DNA from: Bacillota bacterium
GTDB lineage: Bacteria > Bacillota > Sulfobacillia > Sulfobacillales > JAIMBI01
Direction: 5' to 3'
DNA length: 64,000 bases
Assembly: GCA_021846505.1 (NCBI GenBank)
Contig: JAJZWV010000004.1
Coordinates: 4,074-68,073 of the forward strand
The stretch's first letter is position 1; every line of letters begins with the position of its first letter. The position numbers were made by a program, and so were the translations under genes. This document shows, one piece after another, positions 13,251-24,840 of this stretch. Below the pieces are notes generated by a model. It ran no database searches. It worked only from the letters and a program-made list of their open reading frames with translations, and was not told the DNA's origin.

Positions 13251-14320
13251 GCGGCTCCGGGTCGCTCGCCCGGATCGTATGGCTCGCACTCGTAGGCGTC
13301 GGCCTCCTGACCATCACGGGCGTGAGCATCGGTCTGCTCGTCGGCATGCATCTAGGGCACTTTTTGATTCTCAGCCGTGCAAGCCTGATCATCCTGGGCA
13401 CGGTGGTGGTCATCGCCGTGGGATCCTCGGTGGCGGTCGTCGGGCAAGTCGTTGGAGCGGAGGCCCGCCGGTGGATGAGCCAGCTGGAGATGCTCCGGGA
13501 CTTCACCCGCGCGGTGGGCCTCGGCCAGACGTCTGCGGAGCTTCCCATCGCCGCCGCCGATGACTGGGGCGAATTGGCCTATGCCCTGCGTGAGATGGCG
13601 CAGCAACTCGAGGAGGCTGCCACTCAGCGCGAAACCTTTCTGGCGACCGTGGCGCACGACCTGCGCACGCCGCTCACGGCCGTCATGGCCCAGGTCGAAG
13701 CGATGCTCACCGGCGTCGTGCCGGTGGACGCCCAGCGGCTCAGCACGCTGCAGACGGATCTCGCGCGGCTCCACGCCATGGTGGAGGACGTCTTGCTGCT
13801 GGCCGCGGCTCGGGTAGGGCAGAGGCCGCCCTTGTCCATGCGGAGATTCGACCTGGCTCCCTTGGTCCGGCGCGTGTGCGACCGCTTTCGGCCGCTAGCC
13901 GAGGCGGCGGCCATGACCATTGCCGTGGACGCGCCGCTCGAGGCGACCGTGGAGGGAGATGCCCATCGGCTCGATACCGTGTTGAGCACCCTGGTGCACA
14001 ACGCGATTCGCCATGGGGACGCGCACACCACCGTAGCCGTGCAGATGGCCGTGGACGCGGCAGGCCTCTCGGTCCAACTGCGGAACCGCGGGCCCGACCT
14101 GCCTCTGTCGGTGCTCCGCCACCTGGGCGAGCCGTTTGTGCGTGGCGACGCCGCCCGGACGCGCGGCGGCGGAACGGGGCTGGGCTTGGCCATCGCGGCA
14201 TTCTGGGCAGAGCAGCACGGAGGTACCCTGGAGCTCCAGAGCGGAGGGGGCACCTTTGTCGCCACGGTTCGGCTGCCCAGCACCTCCAGCATCGGGAGGG
14301 ACGTCGGGAGCCACGGATGA
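13247..14320 (+). CDS. Sensor histidine kinase (intramembrane-sensing type, minimal extracytoplasmic loop)
   Basis: Two N-terminal TM helices; H-box ATVAHDLRTPLTAV; N-box LVHNAIRHG; G-box RGGGTGLGLAIA; GTGA start/stop overlap with the regulator gene. Confidence 0.93.
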   Translation: MSGSGSLARIVWLALVGVGLLTITGVSIGLLVGMHLGHFLILSRASLIILGTVVVIAVGSSVAVVGQVVGAEARRWMSQLEMLRDFTRAVGLGQTSAELPIAAADDWGELAYALREMAQQLEEAATQRETFLATVAHDLRTPLTAVMAQVEAMLTGVVPVDAQRLSTLQTDLARLHAMVEDVLLLAAARVGQRPPLSMRRFDLAPLVRRVCDRFRPLAEAAAMTIAVDAPLEATVEGDAHRLDTVLSTLVHNAIRHGDAHTTVAVQMAVDAAGLSVQLRNRGPDLPLSVLRHLGEPFVRGDAARTRGGGTGLGLAIAAFWAEQHGGTLELQSGGGTFVATVRLPSTSSIGRDVGSHG

Positions 14321-14692
14321 CCGGCCGTGCCGTCGAGGACGGCGCGGCCGATGTGGCGCCGGAGGCGCGGCAGGGGTCCAGAGCAGAAGAGCCGGGCGCC
14401 AGTGTGCGCGGGACGCTGGACCCTTCCCGCCCGGCCCCGCGATGCTCTTAAAGGCGCCGGCGGATCCCGCGCAACAGAAGGTGATGGGTGGGCTCGGGTG
14501 CGTATAGGTCTGGGAGTGGGAGATGGCGGCGCGGTGGCATACGTCCGGCCAGACCGTGTCCCACCAGTTTGTGGCGGTGGCCGCGGGCGGGGCGAGCCGC
14601 CTGCCGCACCGGACCCTTGTCGGCTGGCTGTGGGTGGGTTCGGTGCCGCGAGCGCGGTCCGCACGAGACGTCGTGGGAAGGAAGGCTGACCA

Positions 14693-15352
14693 GTGGCAAT
14701 GCCGTCGGCAGCGGTAAGACAAGGCCTCCAAATTGAAACCATCAGTCTTGGGTGGATGGTGGTTGAAGGAGCGATCGGCATCGGGGCGGGCATCGCCGCG
14801 CATGCACTGGCCCTGCAGGCCTTCGGCCTCGATAGCGTGATCGAACTCGTGAGCGGCGGCATCCTGTACTGGCGGCTCCAGGTCGAGATCCGCGGGGCGG
14901 CGCCATCACGCGTCGCTGCTGCGGAGCACCGGGCGTCCGGCGTCGTGGGGTGGGCCCTTCTGGCCCTCGCGGCCTACGTCGTGGTTATGGCCGCGATTGC
15001 GCTGGCCACGCACGGCGGTGCCCGACCGTCCGCCGTGGGATTAGGGCTTGCCGCCGCCGCTGCCCTGCTCATGCCCTGGCTGGCCCATCGCAAGCAGGTC
15101 CTCGGGGCGCAAATCGGCAGTGCGGCGCTCGCGGCCGACGGCGCGTGCAGCATGGTGTGCGCCTATATGGCCTGGACCGTCCTCATAGGATTGGGACTCA
15201 CGATGCTCCTCGGGTGGTGGTGGCTCAACCCGGTGGCGGGGCTGGCCCTCGTGTACTTCATTGTTCAAGAGGGGCGGGAAGCCATCCACGAGGCGCGGGA
15301 GACGCCCATCGGGGCGGGGGACGGCACGGGATCCCAGGAAGGTTCCGAGTGA
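14693..15352 (+). CDS. Cation-transporter-like membrane protein (CDF transmembrane-domain type)
   Basis: QIETISLGWMVVEGAIGIGAGIAAHALALQAFGLDSVIELVSGGILYW and about 5 further TM helices; no cytoplasmic CDF C-terminal domain. Confidence 0.65.
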   Translation: MAMPSAAVRQGLQIETISLGWMVVEGAIGIGAGIAAHALALQAFGLDSVIELVSGGILYWRLQVEIRGAAPSRVAAAEHRASGVVGWALLALAAYVVVMAAIALATHGGARPSAVGLGLAAAAALLMPWLAHRKQVLGAQIGSAALAADGACSMVCAYMAWTVLIGLGLTMLLGWWWLNPVAGLALVYFIVQEGREAIHEARETPIGAGDGTGSQEGSE

Positions 15353-15489
15353 GTCCCCCGCAGAGGCGCGCGATCGCCGGTCACGAACGCCTAGCCTGCG
15401 GGAACTGGCCGCCGGCATGAGTTGGGCGGCGATCGCGTATTGGCAGCCGCCCGCAGCGAAGGCTTTCGCCATCGTGACTGCCGCGAGCC

Positions 15490-15830
15490 TGTCCTTGGGG
15501 GCTCCTCGATCTATCTTGTTGGGCCGCGCCGACCCAAGGACCCGGCACCGCCAGGGAAAAGGGACCGGGCCAGCGCTCAGCCCGTCGAAGCCAGCCGGAG
15601 GCGGATTTCCACTTCCTTCGCCGAGTTCATGCGTATCCCGCGCAAGCACTGCGGGCCAACTGGGCGAAGAACATCTCGATCAGAGTCGGCCAGGAGGCGT
15701 GCGCGATTGGGCTTAGTGGCCAAGTAGGTCCGCATCTCCTTCGACGTGTGGGCGGAGTCGGTGTCTAACACGACATGGATCTTCAATTCGTGGATGGTTG
15801 GCCTCCGGGTCCCCTGTGGCGTTAGAGGCG
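15490..15830 (-). pseudogene. IS630-family transposase remnant (C-terminal DDE region, several frameshifts/deletions)
   Basis: Pieces in three frames: IHELKIHVVLDTDSAHTSKEMRTYL (DDE-region '...ihvvlDN.s.H' block), HASWPTLIEMFFAQLAR ('aSWlNliE.fF' block), PVPFPW...ARPNKIDRG (C-terminal 'PF.W...d.I' block); boundaries approximate. Confidence 0.55.
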
Positions 15831-15845
15831 CTCGGTCCGGTTGGT

Positions 15846-15899
15846 CCGCTCGATCCGCTCGATCCGCTCGATCCGCTCGATCCGCTCGATCCGCTCGAT
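15846..15899. repeat. 9-bp tandem repeat (CCGCTCGAT) x6 perfect, preceded by two degenerate copies (15828-15845)
   Basis: Read directly: ccgctcgat repeated six times head to tail; open in all six frames (IER/DRA/SSG on minus; PLD/ARS/RSI on plus). Confidence 0.97.
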
Positions 15900-16006
15900 C
15901 CAATGATGACCGGGGGCCACGAGCGCCAGAGCCTCTCGCATCCATGCCCGCCGAGCCTCGGTCAAGAAAGAAACCGTCGCAGCGCCGTCGGCCCGCTGTG
16001 TTGGTG

Positions 16007-16334
16007 TCATGGGCGCCCACTCGCCGCTGACGCTTGAGCCAGCCGGCGATCCCACATCACCATGGTGATGAGGGCGCGCTGCTGAGAAGCTATCCCGTGG
16101 GCGGATGCCAGGTGGATAGCATCCATCCCTCGCAGCGCGTGCTGAGCAAGGCCAACTTCACTTGGGCGTGATATTCCGGACCTATTAAGCCCTCTCGGGT
16201 GCGGCGCGCACTTCAGCATACGCTATGGAACTGGTGGCAGAGATTTGAGGGGGACCTACCAGCTCGCGCACCCGAGCCGCGCCTTCCTCATCGAGGCATA
16301 GCGTCACGAGGGCGCTGCTCTCCAGATAGAGCAT
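16007..16334 (-). pseudogene. vapC: VapC (PIN-domain) toxin pseudogene
   Basis: N-terminal MLYLESSALVTLCLDEEGAARVRELV...SSIAYAEVRAA ends in TAA-TAG (16187-16182); C-terminal LRGMDAIHLASAHGIA...MWDRRLAQAS continues in another frame; roughly 30-35 aa of the central PIN region appear to be missing. Confidence 0.7.
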
Positions 16335-16606
16335 TCGCCGCGATCTTCTTCAATAGCCCGCGCCAGTGCGTGGGCGTCGTCCAAGCGCGCGGCTTGGCCG
16401 AGGGGCATTCCCTGAGGCACTCCTGCCTGCCATGGAATGCCGAATCGGGCAGCCAACTCACGGGCATCGGAGTGTGGATCCGATTCAACCGGACCGACTT
16501 GAGCCACCGGCCTTCCACGGTCCGTCACCACGATGACGTCGCCGTGACGCGCGCGCGAGATGAATCGGCTAGCACAAGCGTGGTCCATGAGAATCCGCCT
16601 GGGCAT
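16304..16606 (-). CDS. Phd/YefM-type antitoxin (partner of the decayed VapC)
   Basis: ISRARHGDVIVVTDRGRPVAQVGPV (antitoxin N-terminal fold pattern) and C-terminal AIEEDRGE; lies immediately upstream of the PIN remnant; start at ATG 16606 inferred. Confidence 0.6.
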   Translation of the reverse strand: MPRRILMDHACASRFISRARHGDVIVVTDRGRPVAQVGPVESDPHSDARELAARFGIPWQAGVPQGMPLGQAARLDDAHALARAIEEDRGECSIWRAAPS

Positions 16607-16787
16607 ATCAGGTGCGCCACCAAGCGGAGCTGCCGGTGCCTTCCCCGGTGGGCTCGGGGATGCGGCGCGCTGGCCATTCGGTGCCGCCCTGGCTGCGGAC
16701 GGTGACACAGTTCTGGATCAGCGCGCGACGCCGCGCCCGTGCATGGAGCCGGCGTACCGCGGGCCGGCCGCGCTCGCCCGGCCCTCC

Positions 16788-17999
16788 CTACGGCACCGGC
16801 GTGACTCCCGCAGACTCTGCGCCGCGGCGCCACAGGCTGTACAGAATGCTGGACGCCAGGGCCGCGCCGCACACCCCCAGCACCAGGAAGGCCGCCGCCA
16901 CGCCGGTGGCCGCCGCCACGAGGGCGGCCAGCACCGCCCCGATGGCGCTGGCCAAGCGAGCGGCCGCGCGCTGCCCCATGAAGGCTCGGCCGCGCTGGGC
17001 GTCCGACACGTCCTGCTGGAAGGCCACCTCCCACTCCACCTGAAAGACGCCGTCGGCGATCCCCGCCACGATCTGGGTCGCCAGGGCCCAAGCCAGCAGC
17101 GGCACCAGGCCAATCACGGCCGTGGCGGCGCAGAACAGCACCACCAGGGCCTGGCGGAGGCGGGGCCAGGCCCCCAGCGTCTGGCGCCGCACCAGCCAGG
17201 CGCCCACCAACACGCCCGCGGACAGCGATCCCTCTAAAAACCCCACGCCCGCGGTGGTGCCATGGAGAATGGTGCGGACCAGCGGCACCGACAGCACGAT
17301 AAACGCAGCATCGGTAAAGGATACCAAGATGGCCAGCCCCGCCAGGCGGCGCAGCCGCCCGTCGCGCCACAGCACCAAAAAGCCCACCCAGACGGCACTG
17401 CGGTAGCGCTCGGCGGCGGCCGGAGCCGGGGCACTGGCCCGCGGCAGCGATGCCAGCAGGAGGGCGGCCGCCGCAAAGGTGGCGCCATTAACCACCAGGC
17501 CCGACAGCGCCCCGAAATACGCCAAAAACACGCCGCCGACCGCCGGTCCCACCAGGTACATGGCTTCCGTGGCTCCCGCCAGGCGGGCGTTGGCGGCCGG
17601 CAGCGGCTCGTCCCCGGCCAGCCCCGGCACCATGGACGAGATGGCTGAGCCGGCCGGAATGCGCACCAGCCCCACTAGGAGGAAGGTGGGGTACAGCTCC
17701 CACAGCTGAAAGGCATGCACCAGGGCGAGCGCGGGTGGCATCAGCACCAGGACCGCCTGCACCACACTGATGCCCACCAAGAGCCCGCGGCGCTCGCGGC
17801 GGTCCACCATCGGCCCCAGCACGGACGTTAAGCCGGCCACCAGCAGCAGATAGGCGCCCCACAGCCCGCCCAGCAGCAGCACCGAGTGCGTTTGGACGTA
17901 AATCAGCCAGGTGACCCCGATCGAGAAGAAGCCATCCCCAAACCGGGTAATGGCCGCCGCCCCAATGAGGCGATTTAGTGGCTGATAAAGAGGCTTCAT
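16788..17999 (-). CDS. MFS transporter
   Basis: About 12 TM helices from MKPLYQPLNRLIGAAAITRFGDGFFSIGVTWLIYV; MFS loop motif GPMVDRRERRGLL; ATGA overlap with the upstream small ORF fixes the start at 17999. Confidence 0.88.
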   Translation of the reverse strand: MKPLYQPLNRLIGAAAITRFGDGFFSIGVTWLIYVQTHSVLLLGGLWGAYLLLVAGLTSVLGPMVDRRERRGLLVGISVVQAVLVLMPPALALVHAFQLWELYPTFLLVGLVRIPAGSAISSMVPGLAGDEPLPAANARLAGATEAMYLVGPAVGGVFLAYFGALSGLVVNGATFAAAALLLASLPRASAPAPAAAERYRSAVWVGFLVLWRDGRLRRLAGLAILVSFTDAAFIVLSVPLVRTILHGTTAGVGFLEGSLSAGVLVGAWLVRRQTLGAWPRLRQALVVLFCAATAVIGLVPLLAWALATQIVAGIADGVFQVEWEVAFQQDVSDAQRGRAFMGQRAAARLASAIGAVLAALVAAATGVAAAFLVLGVCGAALASSILYSLWRRGAESAGVTPVP

Positions 18000-18247
18000 G
18001 CCGACCCGGTGGGAGAGGGGCCATCCCGCTGGGAGGCGGCGACGTGGAGCGCATGCCACTTGCGGGCGGCAATCAGGGCCCAAACGGTCTCGACCACGCC
18101 AAACGGCCAGGTGCCCGCCAGAAACCCGTAGCTCGCCGAGCCCAAGCACGCCCCGGCAAACGCCAGGGTAAACCAGCGCGACCGCGGCTCCAGCGCATAG
18201 CACACCATCATCAGGGTCACGACCGCGGCTCCGTACACCGTAAGCAT
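17996..18247 (-). CDS. Small membrane protein translationally coupled to the MFS transporter
   Basis: 83 aa, 3 hydrophobic segments; stop TGA overlaps the MFS ATG (GCATGAAG); AAAGGAGGG SD upstream. Confidence 0.65.
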   Translation of the reverse strand: MLTVYGAAVVTLMMVCYALEPRSRWFTLAFAGACLGSASYGFLAGTWPFGVVETVWALIAARKWHALHVAASQRDGPSPTGSA

Positions 18248-18328
18248 GGCACCCTCCTTTGGGCTGTCGGTTGGCGCAGTGATGCGATGTCCCCGCGCAC
18301 GGGCGCTGGCTTGGTGGAGAAGAGGGCC

Positions 18329-18357
18329 TTGGGATTGGCATCCGCCTGCGCTATACT
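18329..18357 (+). promoter_or_regulatory. Candidate promoter upstream of the str operon (distal)
   Basis: TTGGGA (18329-18334), 17 nt, TATACT (18352-18357); hexamer match only. Confidence 0.35.
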
Positions 18358-18417
18358 ACACCTTACGGACCAAGCCATCGCGCGGATCGGCGATGGCTTA
18401 TGCGGTCACTGTCGGCG

Positions 18418-18447
18418 TTGACACGGCTTCGGGCGCGGTGATAAACT
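18418..18447 (+). promoter_or_regulatory. Candidate promoter of ybxF-rpsL-rpsG-fusA-tuf (extended -10)
   Basis: TTGACA (18418-18423), 18-nt spacer ending in TGa, TAAACT (18442-18447); about 50 nt upstream of the ybxF start. Confidence 0.5.
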
Positions 18448-18498
18448 CCCGAAGTGTGTCTCGGCCGGTTTAACGTTTCGAAGAGGCGAGGGGACGCT

Positions 18499-18750
18499 GT
18501 GGCAGGCGAGCTGTTGGCGAGTCCGCGGCGCCGGGTGGTTGGTGTTAAGGAGACGCTGAAGCGCCTCGGCGCGCACCAGGCCGCCGAGGTGTTCGTCGCG
18601 CGTGACGCCAGTCCGACCATCGTGGGGCCGGTGCTGAAGCTGGCGGAGTCCGAAGGGATCCCGGTCGTGCAGGTCGACACCATGGCGGAGCTGGGCAAGC
18701 GCTGCGGCATCCAGGTGGGTGCCGCGTGCGCCACCGTGCTGCGCGCTTAG
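18499..18750 (+). CDS. ybxF: Ribosome-associated L7Ae-like protein (YbxF/RplGB type)
   Basis: [66 protein letters not shown] (L7Ae/L30e fold pattern); Firmicutes position just upstream of rpsL; GTG 18499 after GAGG. Confidence 0.8.
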   Translation: MAGELLASPRRRVVGVKETLKRLGAHQAAEVFVARDASPTIVGPVLKLAESEGIPVVQVDTMAELGKRCGIQVGAACATVLRA

Positions 18751-18784
18751 AACCGGAGGCGAGACGGGAGTCGAGGAGGACAAG

Positions 18785-19168
18785 ATGCCAACTATTAATC
18801 AATTGATTCGGCACGGGCGCAAGGCTTCCAAGAAGCGGACCGCGGCGCCGGCGCTGCACCGCAACCCGCAGAAGCGCGGGGTGTGCGTCTCCGTGCGCAC
18901 CATCACGCCGAAGAAGCCCAATTCGGCGCTGCGCAAGGTGGCGCGGGTCCGCCTCACCAATGGCGAGGAAGTGACCGCCTACATCCCGGGCATCGGCCAC
19001 AACTTGCAGGAGCACTCCGTGGTGCTGGTGCGGGGCGGGCGTGTGCGGGACTTGCCGGGGGTGCGCTACCACATCGTGCGCGGCACCTTGGACACTGCGG
19101 GTGTGCAGAAGCGGGCGCAGGGCCGATCCAAGTACGGGGCCAAGCGGGCCACCGGCGGAAAGAAATAG
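18785..19168 (+). CDS. rpsL: 30S ribosomal protein S12
   Basis: [13 protein letters not shown]...[19 protein letters not shown]...; AGGAGGA SD before ATG 18785. Confidence 0.98.
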   Translation: MPTINQLIRHGRKASKKRTAAPALHRNPQKRGVCVSVRTITPKKPNSALRKVARVRLTNGEEVTAYIPGIGHNLQEHSVVLVRGGRVRDLPGVRYHIVRGTLDTAGVQKRAQGRSKYGAKRATGGKK

Positions 19169-19183
19169 GGGTAGACGAGACAT

Positions 19184-19654
19184 ATGCCGCGACGAGGAAA
19201 CGTGGTGGTCCGGCCGATTTTGCCGGACGCGCGATACCAGAGCCCATTGGTTCAGATGTTCATTCACAAGGTGATGCTGTCGGGCAAAAAAAGCTTGGCC
19301 GAAAAGCTGGTGTACCAGGCGTTTGACAAAATCGCCGAGAAAACCGGCAAGGAGCCGCTGTCGGTGTTTGAGGACGCGGTGAAGAACGCGACGCCGCTCT
19401 TGGAGGTGCGGCCGCGGCGCGTGGGCGGGTCCACCTACCAAGTGCCGATGGAAGTGCGGGCCGCTCGGCGGACGTCTTTGGCGCTCCGGTGGCTGGTGAA
19501 TTACGCGCGGAACCGCGGCGAACACGGAATGGAAAACCAGCTGGCGGCGGAGCTGATTGATGCCAGCCAGGGATCGGGAGGCGCCGTTCGCAAGAAAGAT
19601 GAGACGCATCGGATGGCCGAATCCAACCGGGCGTTTGCCCACTACCGATGGTAG
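19184..19654 (+). CDS. rpsG: 30S ribosomal protein S7
   Basis: [23 protein letters not shown]...[17 protein letters not shown]...HYRW. Confidence 0.98.
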   Translation: MPRRGNVVVRPILPDARYQSPLVQMFIHKVMLSGKKSLAEKLVYQAFDKIAEKTGKEPLSVFEDAVKNATPLLEVRPRRVGGSTYQVPMEVRAARRTSLALRWLVNYARNRGEHGMENQLAAELIDASQGSGGAVRKKDETHRMAESNRAFAHYRW

Positions 19655-19736
19655 GCAGGGGGGAGCGAGCGCTGGTTCAGGTGCTCAGCATGGCATGGGG
19701 CCCTGATGTTCAGGCTGGTGGAAGGAGGTTAAGCTA

Positions 19737-21827
<2,091 letters not shown>

Positions 21828-21901
21828 GGAAACCCGAGTCAGCGGGCGCGGCCGAGCCGTGCACCCAAGCGGGATAGAGATTGAGGAGGACGGAAGCGAA
21901 G

Positions 21902-23104
<1,203 letters not shown>

Positions 23105-23122
23105 GCGGGAGGACCTTTAAGT

Positions 23123-23530
23123 ATGTCGACCAATCCCACGGGCCCAGCCCGCTCGCCGCAGAAGCCGCCGGCCTCGCCGGCGGCTGGGGCGGCCCGGGGC
23201 ACCAAGCCGCCGGTGCCCGTGCAGGCCCAGCAAAAGATTCGCATCCGGCTGAAGGCGTACGACTACGAAGTGCTGGACCAATCGGCGCAGCGCATCGTGG
23301 AGACGGCCAAGCGCAATGGGGCCAGTGTGTCGGGGCCGGTGCCGCTGCCGACGGAGAAGCGCATTTACACCGTGCTGACCGCGCCCAACGGCGAGAAAGA
23401 TATTCGCGAGCAGTTTGAGCGGCGTGTGCACAAGCGGCTCATCGACATCATGGACCCGAGTCAAAAAACCGTGAATGCCCTGATGCGGCTGGACCTGCCG
23501 GCTGGGGTGGACATCGAGATCAAGCTTTAA
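23123..23530 (+). CDS. rpsJ: 30S ribosomal protein S10, annotated with a 32-aa Pro/Ala-rich N-terminal extension (alternative start GTG 23219)
   Basis: [42 protein letters not shown] core; GGGAGGA SD 9 nt before ATG 23123; no SD before the canonical-length GTG 23219. Confidence 0.9.
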   Translation: MSTNPTGPARSPQKPPASPAAGAARGTKPPVPVQAQQKIRIRLKAYDYEVLDQSAQRIVETAKRNGASVSGPVPLPTEKRIYTVLTAPNGEKDIREQFERRVHKRLIDIMDPSQKTVNALMRLDLPAGVDIEIKL

Positions 23531-23551
23531 ACGTTGTAGGCGGGGGTACTG

Positions 23552-24214
23552 ATGAAAGGGATTTGGGGTCAAAAGCTGGGGATGACCCAGGTGTTTGATG
23601 AGGAAGGCCGCTCGGTGCCGGTCACAGTCATTTTGGCCGAGCCGAACCGGGTCGTCATGAAACGCACCGTCGCCCGCCACGGCTACAGCGCCGTGCAAGT
23701 GGGCTTCGGGACGGTCAAGCCCCGCAAGCTGAAGAAGCCCATTTTGGGCGAGTTCCGGCGGCTGGGCCAAGAGCCGGTCCGCCACCGCCGAGAGCTCCGC
23801 CTGCCGGGGGCGGAAGAGTTGTCCGAGGGCGACGAGATTCGCGTGGGCGACACCTTTGAAGCGGGCGAGTGGGTCGACGTGACTGGCACCTCGCGCGGCA
23901 AGGGCTTTGCGGGCGTGATCAAGCGGTGGGGATTCCACCGCGGCCCGATGACCCACGGCTCCAAGTACCACCGCGGGGTGGGGTCGCTGGGGGCCCGTAT
24001 GTCGGGCGGCGGCGGGCGCGTGTTTCGAGGCCGCAAGTTGCCCGGGCACATGGGCCATGCGCGGGTGACCGTGCAAAAGCTCAAGGTGCAGCGCGTGGAC
24101 GCCGCGCGGCACCTGCTGCTGATTCGGGGCGCCGTGCCTGGCCCCAAGGGCGGCTGGGTCATGGTGCGCGCGTCCAAGAAGGCGCCGCGGGCGTCGGAAG
24201 GGGGGGCGCGCTGA
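23552..24214 (+). CDS. rplC: 50S ribosomal protein L3
   Basis: MKGIWGQKLGMTQVFDEEGRSVPVTVI...GTSRGKGFAGVIKRWGF. Confidence 0.98.
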   Translation: MKGIWGQKLGMTQVFDEEGRSVPVTVILAEPNRVVMKRTVARHGYSAVQVGFGTVKPRKLKKPILGEFRRLGQEPVRHRRELRLPGAEELSEGDEIRVGDTFEAGEWVDVTGTSRGKGFAGVIKRWGFHRGPMTHGSKYHRGVGSLGARMSGGGGRVFRGRKLPGHMGHARVTVQKLKVQRVDAARHLLLIRGAVPGPKGGWVMVRASKKAPRASEGGAR

Positions 24215-24840
24215 TGCCCCGCGTGACCGTATACAACCTAGACGGCGAAGCCGTGGGGGAGCGCGACCTCTCGGAGCGCGTCTTTGGCGCGGAGCCCAAT
24301 CAGGCGCTGCTGCACCAAGCCGTGGTGATTTATCTCCAAAACCAGCGTCAGGGATCTGCCGCCACGAAAACCCGGGCGATGGTCCGGGGGGGCGGCAGGA
24401 AGCCGTGGAAGCAAAAGCACACGGGGCGGGCGCGCCAGGGGAGCATTCGCGCGCCCCACTGGCGCGGCGGCGGCGTGGTGTTTGGGCCGCACCCCCGCGA
24501 CTGGTCGGTCAAGTTCCCGCAGAAGATGCGCCAGGCCGCGATTCGGCAGGCACTGTCGGCCCGGCTGGCGGCGGGGGAGCTGACGGTGGTGGACAACTTG
24601 GTGCTGCCGGCGATTCGCACCAAGTCGGTGCTGGAGCTGCTGCAGCGCCTGGAGGCACCGGAGAACGCCCTGCTTATCACGGCCGGGAAAAACGACGTGC
24701 TGAAGCTCTCGGCCAGAAACCTTCCCAAGGTGGCCACGGCCACGGCCAACGCGCTCAACGCCTACACGCTGCTGAAGCATGCGCGGGTGGTGCTGGCGGT
24801 GGACGCGGTGGAGGAGATTGAAGGGGTGTTTGGGGCATGA
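24214..24840 (+). CDS. rplD: 50S ribosomal protein L4
   Basis: MPRVTVYNLDGEAVGE...RGGGRKPWKQKHTGRARQGSIRAPHWRGGGVVFGP; ATG overlaps the L3 stop (CTGATG). Confidence 0.97.
   Translation: MPRVTVYNLDGEAVGERDLSERVFGAEPNQALLHQAVVIYLQNQRQGSAATKTRAMVRGGGRKPWKQKHTGRARQGSIRAPHWRGGGVVFGPHPRDWSVKFPQKMRQAAIRQALSARLAAGELTVVDNLVLPAIRTKSVLELLQRLEAPENALLITAGKNDVLKLSARNLPKVATATANALNAYTLLKHARVVLAVDAVEEIEGVFGA

Noticed and set aside
14321-14692. 370-bp gap between the histidine kinase and the cation transporter containing 120-aa class ORFs on both strands
   Set aside because: The ORFs are Arg/Gly/Pro-rich, lack SDs and overlap each other in several frames. There is no motif support, so the gap is treated as non-coding or decayed sequence.
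13624-14862. 412-aa minus-strand ORF antisense to the histidine kinase
   Set aside because: The opposite strand carries clear H-, N- and G-box kinase motifs. The antisense product is Pro/Arg/Ser/Ala low-complexity.
15828-15899. Possible CRISPR array
   Set aside because: The repeat unit is only 9 bp, with no spacers between copies. It is a simple tandem minisatellite, not a repeat-spacer array, and no cas genes are nearby.
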